DNA of 63,672 bases, filler included, from Octopus bimaculoides (lineage: Eukaryota): the NCBI RefSeq assembly GCF_001194135.2. It is 4 parts of 4 records of this genome, joined end to end, with 100 filler letters (N's around TTAATTAATTAA, not from the genome) between each part and the next. Parts side by side here need not be neighbours in the genome. Positions count along the whole stretch, not along the records: positions 1 to 31,013 come from NC_068999.1; 3 more parts are not named here. One strand, given 5' to 3'. Below, piece after piece: positions 14,421 to 27,336 of the stretch. The notes below the pieces were generated by a model that saw nothing but the letters and a program-made list of their open reading frames with translations, did no database searches and had not been told where the DNA came from. A program made the translations under genes and the position numbers. Position 1 is the stretch's first letter, and each line of letters opens with the position of its first letter.

Positions 14421-14754
14421 CGTTCAGGCATATATAGATACTCATACATACATGTGCGCGCGCACATACACGCACATACATACGCACAAACCCAAACACA
14501 CACATAAAGAACACAAATGAGTTAAGGTTCTCTACAGCCGTTTCAGATGCGATTTTTTATCGATAAAAAACTGGGAGACATTCATTTCTTCATAATATTT
14601 AGCAGGATTAGAAGTTTGAGTCTGAAAAATATATGTAGAATACACATTTAGTTTTTTTTCTTTACTTATTACGAAGTTTGAAAAATTAAAAAAAAAAGAA
14701 GCAAGAAGAAAGATTGACTGCAACTTCGAAGTTTCGGTTATGTAGCTTTCATAG

Positions 14755-14800
14755 GACGGTCTGACGAAGGCTACGGAACAGAAACTGTAAAGTAACTGTC
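14755..14800 (+). ncRNA. Hammerhead-like motif, stem II decayed
   Basis: GACGGT-CTGACGA-AGGCTACGGAACA-GAAA-CT(GTAA)AGTA-ACTGTC. Stem I has 6 bp, stem III ACT/AGT, GTA triplet. Confidence 0.5.
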
Positions 14801-15316
14801 AATCTTTAATATTTAACAATGCCTTCAAAAAGAATTCGAGCGCATATTTTTTCCAGCTAACTTCATTCCGTTGGTCTATAGGATAATAACACTTCATTGG
14901 TGTATGTGTGTGTATACGTGTTTTATGTATTTTCGAAAATATATATAAATATATATATATATATATGTGTGTGTGTGGTGGGGGGTAAGTTTACATATAA
15001 ATCACGGTAAAATGTTTGAAGTTTGACATTGATAAAAATTGAAAAAAGTCTCTGAAATTTTAGTGGTGTGATACCAATACTCTGACATGGAACCGAGAAT
15101 AAATTAATTTACTGCAAAGAAGACAATTCAAAAGGTTCGGGCCCTATTCTTCATTGCTGTGGGTTTTCAAGGGAGATATTTAGAACAATGGATGCAAAGC
15201 ATTACGGTATTTCAGTGTCATTGATTCCGGTTCTGTGTTCAAATCACGCTTGACTCCTCCATATCATCGATTTCACCAAAGGGGACGAAATACAGAAGCC
15301 TTTCACCGGTCTTCCC

Positions 15317-15531
15317 TTTCACTCGTTTCAGTCATCAGACCGCGGTCAGTCTGGAGCAACGCCTTGAAAAGGTTTCAGTCGAATGAATCGAATCGACCAT
15401 AGTATATTTTTATATAAGCCTTGATTCTTTTGCCGAACCGCTAAGTAACGGGGACGTGGGCACACTAACACCGGATGGCAAGCGGTGGTAGGGGGCAAAC
15501 ACAGACACAAAGACACACACACGTACATACA

Positions 15532-15609
<78 letters not shown>

Positions 15610-15692
15610 CACACATGTATATATACGATAGGCATCTTTCAGTTTCCATCTACTAAATCTACTCACAAGGCTTTGGTCGGCCCAAGGCTATA
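15317..15692 (-). mobile_element. SINE family A, head truncated
   Basis: GCCGAACCGCTAAGTAACGGGGACG...(CA)n...CTCACAAGGCTTTGGTCGGCCC. Confidence 0.8.
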
Positions 15693-15811
15693 GCCTTACG
15701 TAAATACATTCATACGTACGTACAAATACATACACACACATATGCATGTATACACACACACATAAAAGTTTGCCCGTAAATTACTTTACAACTTTAAAAT
15801 CTCAGAAAAAA

Positions 15812-16140
15812 GAGGTCGACTTTGCCTTTCATCCTTTCGAGGTCGATAAATTAAGTACCAGTTACGCACTGGGGTCGATCTAATCGACTTAATCCCTTTG
15901 TCTGTCCTTGTTTGTCCCCTCTATGTTTAGCCCCTTGTGGGCAATAAAGTAATAAGAAACGTTAGTACGCCGGGCGAAATACTTTCATTTCTCTTTATGT
16001 TCTGAGTTCAAATCTCGCCGAGGTCGACTTTGCCTTTCATCCTTTCAGGGTCGATAAATTAAGTACCAGCTGCGAAACGGGGTCGATCTAATCGACTGGC
16101 TCCTCCTCAAAAATTTCGGGCCTTGTGCTTAGAGGAGAAA
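15812..16140 (+). mobile_element. SINE family B dimer, 5' truncated
   Basis: The long-monomer tail ...GTGGGCAATAAAGTAATAAGAAAC runs directly into GTTAGTACGCCGGGCG of the second monomer. Confidence 0.85.
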
Positions 16141-16367
16141 AGTTTATGGTTGGCTACTATAATACGTTATCAGCTCTCATATCACGCGCACACACGCACA
16201 CACAGATGAACATACACTATCTTATTCAGTGATGATGAACTTGAAGATGGCTGCATTCGAACGGACTAAACGTTCTATGTAATTCTAACCAGCATGTGTT
16301 TTTCAGTATATATGCATGTGTACCTGACTGTGCATGTGCGTGTATGAGTGAATAAGGCCACTGTATA

Positions 16368-16406
<39 letters not shown>

Positions 16407-16499
16407 AACATACATGCATACGTCTATCGGAAGAAAGAATATCATGCTTGTCTGTAACTGCACATGTACAGATAAAACATATCCATATTAGCAGCTATT

Positions 16500-16590
16500 T
16501 ATCTCTCCCAGCTCTCTCTTTCTCTCTCCCAGATCTCTCTTTCTCTCTCCCAGCTCTCTCTTTCTCTCTCCCAGCTCTCTCTTTCTCTCT
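16500..16590. repeat. 21-bp pyrimidine minisatellite, about 4 copies
   Basis: Unit CTCTCTCTTTCTCTCTCCCAG. Confidence 0.85.
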
Positions 16591-17511
16591 ATCACAGTCT
16601 CTTATTTCCAGTCTCTCACTTTCCCCCTTTCTTTACGCGGAGAAGAGGAATAGAATGGAAAAGATAGAAACGATGCCTGATGTCGAAGCTGAAGTTGAAC
16701 TAGAAGGTGAAAGAAATAAAAAGAAGCACGAGAACAAAAATAAAACAAAATGCAGATGCTGGAGGACGACTGCTGCGTTAATATAAATATGGCGTTGTTG
16801 AAAAAATTCGCTGGCCATCTCTGCAACCAGCAACCATTGATCTTATATCTCTTAAGTCTTAAACAAAAGAGCCGTCTCAAAGTGCCGCTTACGTACTTAG
16901 CAAAGATGTGTGTTTGTGAATGACAACTCAACAGCAGAAACGAATGCAAAGTTGGTACAAGTGCTAAAGGCTTTATTTATATTTATCTGTCTAGTCGGTA
17001 TTATTTGATGTGTGAATGTTTTCTCTATGTTCCTTAGATAAGCTAAAATATTTTAAGCAAACATTTGAGAATGAACATTTTCATTTACAAACAGCAAAAG
17101 TAATATTTTGCTTTCTTAGGAATTGGGTCAATGAACCAAGTTTTGTGACATACATACACATACATACATGCATACAAACCTGTGCACATACATACATACA
17201 ATAATACATAGATACATACATGCATACATACATGCATACCTATGTATGTATATCGCAAAATTATAAATGTTTATATATGTACGTATACTAATAAGAGATA
17301 AGAACATGCACATAACTTGTTACCCTTTCATTCCAATTGCTACATGCTTCAGTACTCAGCAACAAACACACACATATATGTTTCACCTTGATCACCTTGA
17401 CCGACCGGACTGTCGGGCGTCGTTTCGACACCGCTGGTCACAATACGCCGTTCATTCCTCTCTGGATCGTGACTTCCTCTTCCAAACGTTTGTCGTATTT
17501 CATCAACTCAC

Positions 17512-17558
<47 letters not shown>

Positions 17559-18095
17559 GTGTGTGTGTGCGCGCGCATGTGTATTAGTGTGTGCATGTGT
17601 GTATTGGGCATACTGAGGCACTGTTTTTAGGGGTTTCTGTAGTCCAGTGCAGTGACTAATTTTTTTATTATTATTTTATAGGTCTCGTTAAATCATATAA
17701 CAAAAGAACACCAACTTTTAAAAATGTTTGACCTGTTTGAACGTCAATACAAAAACAATATAAACACATACACACACACACACACATACACAGACAGACA
17801 TATACACCGCTCACGTACAGACATACACACAAATAGCAGCACATGCACGTAAACATAGTGGACAGCAACACACTTTCTCTCAACTAAATTCACTCACAAC
17901 GTATTAGTTGATATTTGAAAATGTTATACAAGTAGACAATAAGCTTCAAGATTTACTCTAAGGGGAATACAACAATAAAAAATCTCACACAGTAATAAAC
18001 AAATACCAAACACAAAATTTGATTTATAAATAACGATACCACACTATGTAGGGGCGACAAAAGAAATATGTTTGATATCTTGGATAAAGATATAT

Positions 18096-18199
<104 letters not shown>

Positions 18200-19024
18200 T
18201 TCTCTTTCTCTCTCTTCCTCTTTGTTGGTCTGTCTCTCTGGCCTCGAATCCTCTGTGCTCAGTTTGTTTATCTCTTACTACACTATGCTATAAATGTTGC
18301 CGATAATTTGCTTAACCGCAATATACGTGGAGCAGGAATTAACAAAATTAATGCTTCAACAAGCAATTGTGTAATCTTGGTTGTCATTTGCCCCGAAACT
18401 CGCGTATGGTCTATAAAGCAGAAAATACCACACATGCTTTCTGTATTTTATACACACACACNNNNNNNNNNNNNNNNNNNNNNNNNNNNNNNNNNNNNNN
18501 NNNNNNNNNNNNNNNNNNNNNNNNNNNNNNNNNNNNNNNNNNNNNNNNNNNNNNNNNNNNNNNNNNNNNNNNNNNNNNNNNNNNNNNNNNNNNNNNNNNN
18601 NNNNNNNNNNNNNNNNNNNNNNNNNNNNNNNNNNNNNNNNNNNNNNNNNNNNNNNNNNNNNNNNNNNNNNNNNNNNNNNNNNNNNNNNNNNNNNNNNNNN
18701 NNNNNNNNNNNNNNNNNNNNNNNNNNNNNNNNNNNNNNNNNNNNNNNNNNNNNNNNNNNNNNNNNNNNNNNNNNNNNNNNNNNNNNNNNNNNNNNNNNNN
18801 NNNNNNNNNNNNNNNNNNNNNNNNNNNNNNNNNNNNNNNNNNNNNNNNNNNNNNNNNNNNNNNNNNNNNNNNNNNNNNNNNNNNNNNNNNNNNNNNNNNN
18901 NNNNNNNNNNNNNNNNNNNNNNNNNNNNNNNNNNNNNNNNNNNNNNNNNNNNNNNNNNNNNNNNNNNNNNNNNNNNNNNNNNNNNNNNNNNNNNNNNNNN
19001 NNNNNNNNNNNNNNNNNNNNNNNN

Positions 19025-19062
<38 letters not shown>

Positions 19063-20221
19063 GTAATTACTCGCTTGTTCTATACGCTTATTTGTTAAAG
19101 TACACGTCACATGCTCTGAATAATGGATTCAAATCTTCTGCAAAGTTAAAATGTAAGGTCATCAAAGATTACTGTTTACCTGGCTGTTTCGTAGATACTG
19201 GTTTCTTAAAAGGATGATGAAAGTTTTGTTATATATCGTATTAATTTGTTACAGCTAAAAGTAATAAGCAAAAAATGACGACAGAATAAGAAAGAAAGAC
19301 TTATACGATTAGCCATTTCGGATTAAATGTTCTATAGTTATTAACCAATTCAATAGGACGTTTACTACAAGACTGGTGAAGCACCTGGTAAATCGTTTCT
19401 CTCTTCATTCTAGCCATTTCTTGTTTGCTACTTCTACCTTTTACTAAAACTTTCGTCTCTTCTTTGTGTTTATATTTACTTCAATCGTTTACCTTTAGTC
19501 TATGCCAAATTTATTCTACAGATAAAGAAAAATTTCACCTTTACAAACACTGTTTTAAGAAGCCAGTATTGACGTATCATGGGGAAAAAAAAAACAGTCG
19601 CATTGACCAATGAAATAAGTATCATGTAATGTATTGGTGGTGCTGGTGATGGTGGTGGTGGTGTGTGTGTGTGGTCGATGTTAGAGATTGAAATCTCATT
19701 TAAGACAATGTTCCAGCAAGGCTGCAGTCCAATGAATGAATCTTGTAAGAATAACATAATAAAACAACAGTATTACTTACCTAACCGATTCTATTGAAAT
19801 TCAAGAGTCTTTGGTTGACTACATAACATGCCTGAGATGAATAACTGAAGCGTTGTTGAAATAACAAAATGGCGTAATCATCGTAGAATAATCTTTTGGT
19901 AAAACTGACGTAAGAGAATGTCTCGCCATTTGCCATTCAATCTGTTTTTCTCCTGTCTTTTTCTTTTTTCGTTTTGTAATTTATTCTTCCTCTTTATTAT
20001 ATATATTTATATATAATATTTTATATATTTTTGTAATTAGTGTTAAAATTATTCCCTTCTTTTTTTACTGGGTTATATAATCCGAGATATTTTGTAGTTT
20101 GATCTTAATCTTAAAACAAGGATAACAACAGCTAGACAGTTCCTGCAAGAGAAGAATAAAACAGAAAATAAACAAAAGAGAAGTGAGAGAAAAAAAAATC
20201 ATGTAAAAAACCAAAAATGTT

Positions 20222-20658
20222 TTGAAATTTTGACACAAGGCCAGCTATTTCGGGGGAGGGAGTAAGTCATTTACATCGACCCCAGTGCCCAACTGGTACT
20301 TAATTTATCGATCCCGATAGGATGAAAGGCAAAGTCAACATCGGCGGATTTGAACTCAGAACGTAAAGACGGACGAAATGCAGCTACGCATTTAGCCCGG
20401 CGTGCTAACGATTCTGCCAGCTCACCCCCTTACAAACAATAATAACAATCGTGTCTACTAAAGGCACAAGGCCTGAAATTTTGGGGGATGGGAGAAGTCG
20501 ATCGTATTGACCCCAGTACTCCACCGGTACTTATTTTATCGCCCTCTGAAAGGATGAAAGGCAAAGTTAACCTTGACAGAATTTGAATTCAGAACTTAAA
20601 GACCAACGAAAGGCCGCTAAGCCCGGCGTGCTAACAATTCTACCAGCTCGCCGCCTTA
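20222..20658 (-). mobile_element. Two head-to-tail SINE family B monomers
   Basis: Copies at 20222-20432 and 20457-20658, separated by a short AAT/AAC tract. Confidence 0.85.
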
Positions 20659-20664
20659 CAAATA

Positions 20665-20710
<46 letters not shown>

Positions 20711-20965
20711 TCATGGAAATAAGAACAAAATGAACCAAAGTACAAGAGCCTCTACACTGTAGTTCGATCAATCTGCTATAAACAACAGCTAAATCAACCT
20801 AAAAATCACGCCCTATCATCTTTCAAATATGAAAAGGGATACACTAGATACTTAGATAGACTTAGCATGGAAAACGAAAGCAGACGGTGTTCGTGGTTGG
20901 AATGTCTTTGAGAATTATATACTGAACATAATCTGAGCAGCGTCTTTTGCCATAGATTCTTGCAT

Positions 20966-21362
20966 ATCTTTTATTTTTTGCCACTTAGTCATTGGACTGT
21001 TCCCATGCTGGGATACCTCCTCGAAGGGGTTATTCGAACAGCTTGACTCCAATACTTATATTTTAAAAAAAATTGGTACTTCTGCAATGGTCTTTTCTTT
21101 TTGCCGAGCGCTAATTAATTTACAGGAACGTAAACAAGTCAACATCAGTTGTCACGTGATGGAGGAACAACACAATTACAAAGCTAGACAGACAGACATA
21201 CAGACACACAAAACAGACTTTCACACTATTTCCGTCTGCCAATTTCACTCGCAAGGCATTGGCCAGTCCGAGGCTATAGAAGAAGACACTTGCCCAAGGT
21301 ACCATGCAGTGGAATTGAACCCGCAACCATGTGGTCGCATAGCGAGATTTTTGACCGCAAAG
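20966..21362 (-). mobile_element. SINE family A, diverged copy
   Basis: GAAGACACTTGCCCAAGGTACCATGCAGTGGAATTGAACCC head and GCCGAGCGCTAATT body match the other family A copies. Confidence 0.8.
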
Positions 21363-22224
21363 CCATGATAGACTTGCGAGGAGGCGACTAATAAAAAGCT
21401 CTCAGCATTGAGCACACTTGTTTAGTTCCGTACAAGCTTTCCTGTTCACTATCATCCCTTTCCTTACAGACATGTTCGGGTGAGTCATCTAAATCTCCTT
21501 GGCTTCTTACAAAACTAAAAGGAAAAAAAAGGCACACATTTCTTCTTGGTTAAATTAAAAGAAAATATTAAGAGTGATATTCAAAGGTACTGACAGTTTT
21601 CAGCTGATGTCATTCATTGTTTAATTGAGAACGTAAATCAATTAAGTGGCCAGACATTGTTATTGTAAATCATGTTAAAATTTTTGTTCTTGCCGACTCC
21701 AAAGCATGGGGTCACTGTTGTCAAAGCGAAAGTTATTTGGCTGAAGATTCATGTGTCATAAATTCTATCGCAGCTATTGTTAGAGAATGCTGATGGCCAA
21801 TTGGAAGAACGATACCTAAAGAGCTTTTCTGACCAAAATCTAAATAACCAAGGCAGAATAAAAACTGTTTGTATTAGTATATTTATTAACTATTTCGTTG
21901 GCACAGTGTGTGTGTGTATGCACATGTGTGTGCGTGGATATGTGTATTTGTGTATTTGTGTGTGCGTGTGTGAATTAGAATGTGTGTGAGATTGCTGTAA
22001 TCAACATTCCGGATTGTGAGGTCCTTATGCACAATGTTTTACACGCTATAAATAGGATAGCCACAGCTATAATACTTTTAATCGCTCGTGTACTCAATCA
22101 GGGATTGGCCTGGAGCTCAAAAACAACAACAACTCGCTAAAAGCTTGGAGGAATTCCTCGTTGAGAACGAAGACTCTTGGTCACGTCACAACATATCGCC
22201 TGGCGGTTTATATAAGATATATAT

Positions 22225-22328
22225 GAAGGCGCGTGGATTGGTGGTTAGAATATTTGGCTCACGGTCTTTAGGCCGTGAGTTCGATTCCCGGCAGTGCGTT
22301 GTGTTCTTGAGCAAGACACTTTATTTCA
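22225..22328 (+). mobile_element. Truncated SINE head (family C type 2) followed by (CAG/CAA)n
   Basis: GGCGCGTGGATTGGTGGTTAG...GAGTTCGATTCCCGG...GCAAGACACTTTATTTCA is homologous to 27028-27128. Confidence 0.75.
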
Positions 22329-22631
22329 GCAGCAGCAACAACACCAACAACAATTACTGTAGCAGCAGCAATAGCAGCAGCAACAACAGAAATACCATCA
22401 ATCATCAACCGAAAGGGTATCCTTGTCCCCAAAACTTAAATAAACAAGACGGATCAAAATAAAAGTTTTTATTCGTGTATTTGCTAATTGTAACACGTCG
22501 TTAGTAATTCACTGCTGTATGGGATCATGACATTCGGCTGGTAGTAAATAACGTTCGTTCGTCGCTTTGAATCTTTTTTTTTTTAATATTTTCGTTCCGA
22601 AATAGCACCGTGCTCTCTCTATCTCTCTATT

Positions 22632-22706
<75 letters not shown>

Positions 22707-23094
22707 TGCACACCATCACCATCCCCACCACCACCACCACCGCTATTAGCTTTCCCCGCTTTATCTTCTACTTTCAACAGCAGCGCATTATCGTCATCAA
22801 TGCCGTCAATACCACTACGAGTCAACGAAGGTACTTCCATGTATATATATATATGTATGTATGTATTTGTTATTTGTGTCTGTGTCTGATCCCCCCACCA
22901 TCGCTTGACAACCGATGTTGGTGAGTTTACGTCCCCGTCACTTAGCGGTTCGGCAAAAAAGACCGGTAGAATAAGTACAAGGCTTACAAAGAATAAGTCC
23001 TGAGATCGATTTGTTCGATTAAAAGTTGGTGCTCCAGTATGACCGCAGTCAAATGACTGAAACAAGTAAAAGAATATATATTCTTTTATTCTTT

Positions 23095-23511
23095 TATTCT
23101 TTTACTCGTTTACTTGTTTCAGTCATTTGACTGCGGCCATGCTGGAGCACCGCATTTAGTCGAGCAAATCGACCCCAGGACTTATTCTTAGTAAACCTAG
23201 TATTTATTCTATTAGTATCTTTTGCCTAACCGCTAAGTTACGGGGACGTAAACACACCAGCATCGGTTGTCAAGCGATGTTAGTGGGGGTGACAGAGACA
23301 CATAAACACATACACATACATACATACATACATACTTACATGCATATACATATACATACATGTATATATATATATATATAAAATCCACGCACAACGCTTT
23401 GGTCGGCCCGGGGCTACAGTAGAAGATGTCCAAGGTACCACGCAGTGGTACTGAACCCGGAACCATGTGATTGGTAAGCAAGCTATTTACCACACAGCCA
23501 CTCCTGCGCCT
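23095..23511 (-). mobile_element. SINE family A, full-length copy
   Basis: Head AGGCGCAGGAGTGGCTGTGTGG...GGTTCAGTACC on the minus strand through to the CAGTCAAATGACTGAAACAAGTAAA tail. Confidence 0.9.
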
Positions 23512-24329
23512 ATTCTTAAATATTAATGTAAAAATTCAGACTGTACAGTAATGGTATTAACTACCACACACCACTAGAGTATGACTCACACACTAACATC
23601 TATATCCATACACAAACACCCATATGCGCCCCTCTCCAGCACACACATTCACGCGTTTTCTTAATCGAAAATGATCACAAACAGAGGAAGAAGATTGCAT
23701 TATAGTCTTTCGACCAATTATATATAGCATCCGGGTTGTCCTCAAACCATACCGTGGAACTATTAGAGCGTTGAGCAAGGTGGCTTCTCAGTATCCGCTT
23801 CGCTCATTTACGCTCTAACGACGATGTTTGTGGTGTCCCATGTGCTAAGCTGTATCGACCCAAGGTGGAGGCTTTTCTCTTGCATAACGACGTTAGCGTC
23901 GTAAACAAGCGTATTGCAAGTTTTCATTTGATAAAAGTTCAGTTTTTAGAGTCATTTTCAGCAAATTGCATATAAAGGGATGCACTGAATAAAATGTTGT
24001 ACATGTTACCAAATCCATTCACAAGATTTTGGTCGGCCTGAGGCTAAGTAGAAGACATTTGTCCAAGGTGTCACGTGATAGGACTGAACACTGAACAATG
24101 TGGTTGACTAAAAAAAAACAAAAAACAAAAACAAAAGACTGCCTTTATTAAAAATAACTGCTTAATTAGCCTATATGTGCTTATAAGACGACGAGCTGGC
24201 AGAATCGTTAGCTTGGCGACATTTCGTCCCTCTTTGCGTTCTGAGATCAAATCCCGTCGAGGTCGACTTTGTCTTTCTGGCGTCGATAAAGTGAGTACTG
24301 AAATAATGTAATTGCACACGCACATATCA

Positions 24330-24429
<100 letters not shown>

Positions 24430-24526
24430 TCACACCGACATTAGTATATTTTATTGATACATACCAGACACTCATACATCAGCATCACAGTATTTACGCT
24501 CATATAAGTATCAGCGTGCATATGCA

Positions 24527-24560
<34 letters not shown>

Positions 24561-25169
24561 AGTGTGCTCGCATGTATGCCAGTATGTATGTATGAAGGCA
24601 TCTACACACGTGTATTTACATGTAACTAAATCTAAAGCACTTGACAGATTTTTCATTAGTGCGTTTGTTAAGACTCAAGGAAAATATAGCTTAATTTCAT
24701 TTTAAGTTTCTTACCGACGCCTTAATCGTATTTTTCTAGACTAGCGACAGAGACATGTGTATTATTAGACACAATTAATGTGGCGATCTATGCTTAGAGG
24801 TATTTCGTTCGTCTTTATGTTCTGAGTTCAAAATCTGCCGAGGTCGACGTTGCCTTTCATCCTTTAGGGATCGATAGAATAAGTACCACGCAAGCACTTG
24901 ATGTAGGGTCCATAACACAATGCCTGAAAATGCACTTGCAGTAGTACAGTAATTAAATCCATTTTCGATATGAAGAGAACATGAAACCCCTTCCGAAATA
25001 TACTCAATATTTTGGGGCAAAGATCTCTTTTAAAAGTATGAAGAAATTAGGAGGACGTATGGCTTCGTTGCTGTGCGAGGAAGCTCGACACACCAATCGA
25101 ATACAAACTTGAACTTAATAAATTTTGTATATACAACACTAAACATAAACATATGCAAGAATGACTTCT

Positions 25170-25600
25170 ACCTCAATCGCAACGACGAAGCAATATACAA
25201 AACATGAGCTTTAACAGATCGCCCACGATCATACAGCACAGCGCACACAATATTAGCGAACGTACAGTCAACCTATCAGTACAGAGAAACATTTGACACC
25301 ACAATAGAATCTTAGCAAGAAATCATTAGCGTCTAGCTGAAATACATGAAACACTTCATACTAAGTAATACTAAACGTGGAAAAGGCAAAATAGTTATAT
25401 GGTTTAATGCTTCCTGTAGTTAAAAAATGTTTCTACACATACTGTTACAACCTTTCTTAAACTGATTAGTACACAGTTCTCGCTCCACAATGCACACATG
25501 CATGAAATTTGCTGCAAACATTCTGTTTAGGCCAGCTATACTTATATGAATAACAGAAGGTTATAGATTTTTAACCGAAGCAAAATTTTAGCACAGCACA
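25170..25600 (+). mobile_element. Decayed Penelope-like element fragment (RT C-terminus / linker)
   Basis: Frameshifted peptides NDEAIY / MSFNRSPTIIQHSAHNISERTVNLS and KIVIWFNA.../NVSTHTVTTFLKLISTQF.../ASYTYMNN align by eye with PLE motifs N..P.Y+N..SNHPP.II+..P..IS.R+..LS and +IWFNPP+S.NV.T.+...FL.LI..HF...SYSCM.N. Several stops. Confidence 0.7.
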
Positions 25601-27027
25601 AAGAATCCAGTACTTATGCAATTTCAACGACATGATTAGGTGTCTTTTCTACTGAAAATAAGCATTAAAAGAAATAGTATACAAGCAGACAAAGAATCAG
25701 CATTCTGTACAGTAAAAAAAAAATGTACACTGTGTTAACTGTACCTACTTTTAAAGTTGGATTATCAGACTAACCCATTCTTTTATGTTTATAAACATGT
25801 GTAATGTCATGTTTTTCGAAATATAATTGGTTTCTGAAAGGCAAAGGAAAAAGTGAACCCACAGTAAATCGCCTGCATGCATTAACCACAGTAGACACTG
25901 TCAGTTATTTGCTAAAAAAAAGTGAAAAAGCCAAGAATTTGATGCTGTAATGTGGCAGGACTTCAGCAGACCATTGAAGTATCAAAGCATTCGATGTTTA
26001 AAATCAAGTTGAAATTTCAATAGATGTTGACTCTGACTAATAAGTCGAAGTCCTTTTAGATGATGTATTTTTATGGGATCTACTTGATACAAGTAGTTTC
26101 AAAAACCCCACTTTGTAAACCGAGTAGAGATTTAAGTCAAACGACAAAATTTTGTTAGGAAATCAAGTGCAGTTGTCTGCCCTTAAGAAAATTATGTTCT
26201 TTTTCAGTTTTGAATTTTCACCCCGTAAGCATGATTCACATAATTTGCATCCACTAAAAATACAGTGAGGTCTCCAAGCCATTTTGAATTCATGCATGTT
26301 TCTCAACATGGACCAACGTGACCGTCTGATTGAGCATCAAAAGATATAGTAAACATTCGTGAAACTTAAAACGGCAGACGACGACAGCAGAGGCGATGAC
26401 GTCAACGGTGACGTCAGTAGCAATGCTGTGGTGATGGCAGCGGCAGCGGTAAAGATGATGATGATGATGATGGGGATGATGAAAATAAAACAAAGTCTTA
26501 GAGAAACAGAAATCAACTTCTGTCTATATATATAATAAAAATAAAGTTCAACAGTTTCTGTGGCATTAAACTGGAAATGTTAACCATAACGTTTTCATGG
26601 CGTGAAAAGGTTTTTAGAAATCGATTTTCTTTCTTCCACAATCTGTGTATCTCTTTGACAGATTACGCTCAAGTAATTGAAGCTTTATTGACGACACCTA
26701 CTTCTTGCTTCTTGACCGTAGAAATCTGGCAACTGGCTAAATTTCAGAGTCGTGCTTGACCAAGTTGTAATTAGGACGTCACGTGGTGGAATGGAATAAA
26801 CAGAAGCCAACGGAACTACATTCTTTATCTTTTATCTTTTTTATCTTTTACTCGTTTTAGTCATTGGACTACGGGTTCTGATAATAAAATATAAAAAAAA
26901 TCGATACCAGGGTTTCTTTTATATGCATGTATAGTTACATGAGTTTACTCGAAGCAGCTTTGGAGCGAAATCTCGAAACGTCAATGAACCCAAGAACCTT
27001 ATAGTCCCAGACTAAATACAAAATGGT

Positions 27028-27336
27028 GAAGATGCGTGGCTTAGTGGTTAGGGTACTTGGCTTAGTGGTTAGTCGTGAGTTCAATTCCCTGTGATGTGTT
27101 GTGTTCTTCAGCAAGACACTTTATTTCACGTTGCTCCAGTCAACTCAGCTGGCAAAACTGAGTAGTACCTGTAATTCAAAGGGGCCAGCCTTGTCACATT
27201 CTGTGTTACGCTGAATCTCCCTGAGAACTACGTTAAGGGTACACGTGTCTGTGGAGTGCTCAGCCACTTGCACGTTAATTTCATAGCTGGCTGTTTCGTT
27301 GATCGGATCAATTGAAACCCTCGTCGTCGGAGTGCC
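27028..27336 (+). mobile_element. tRNA-derived SINE, family C (head type 2, CORE-like central segment)
   Basis: A box TGGCTTAGTGG, B box GAGTTCAATTCC, GCAAGACACTTTATTTCACGTTGCTCCAGTC...GAGTAGTACCTG, then the body shared with the 12547 copy. Confidence 0.8.

Noticed and set aside
16238-16280. TTGAAGATGGCTG...CTAAACGTT hammerhead-like string
   Set aside because: Too many core and stem mismatches to distinguish from chance; not counted among the motifs.
23640-23930. Complex island with protein-like minus-strand frames (e.g. KRILRSHLAQRSNSSTVWFEDNPDAIYNWSKDY)
   Set aside because: Every frame has stops, and there are no convincing splice sites or recognisable domain.
26950-26997. CTCGAAACGTC hammerhead 3' half
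   Set aside because: No CTGANGA and no stem I partner upstream.
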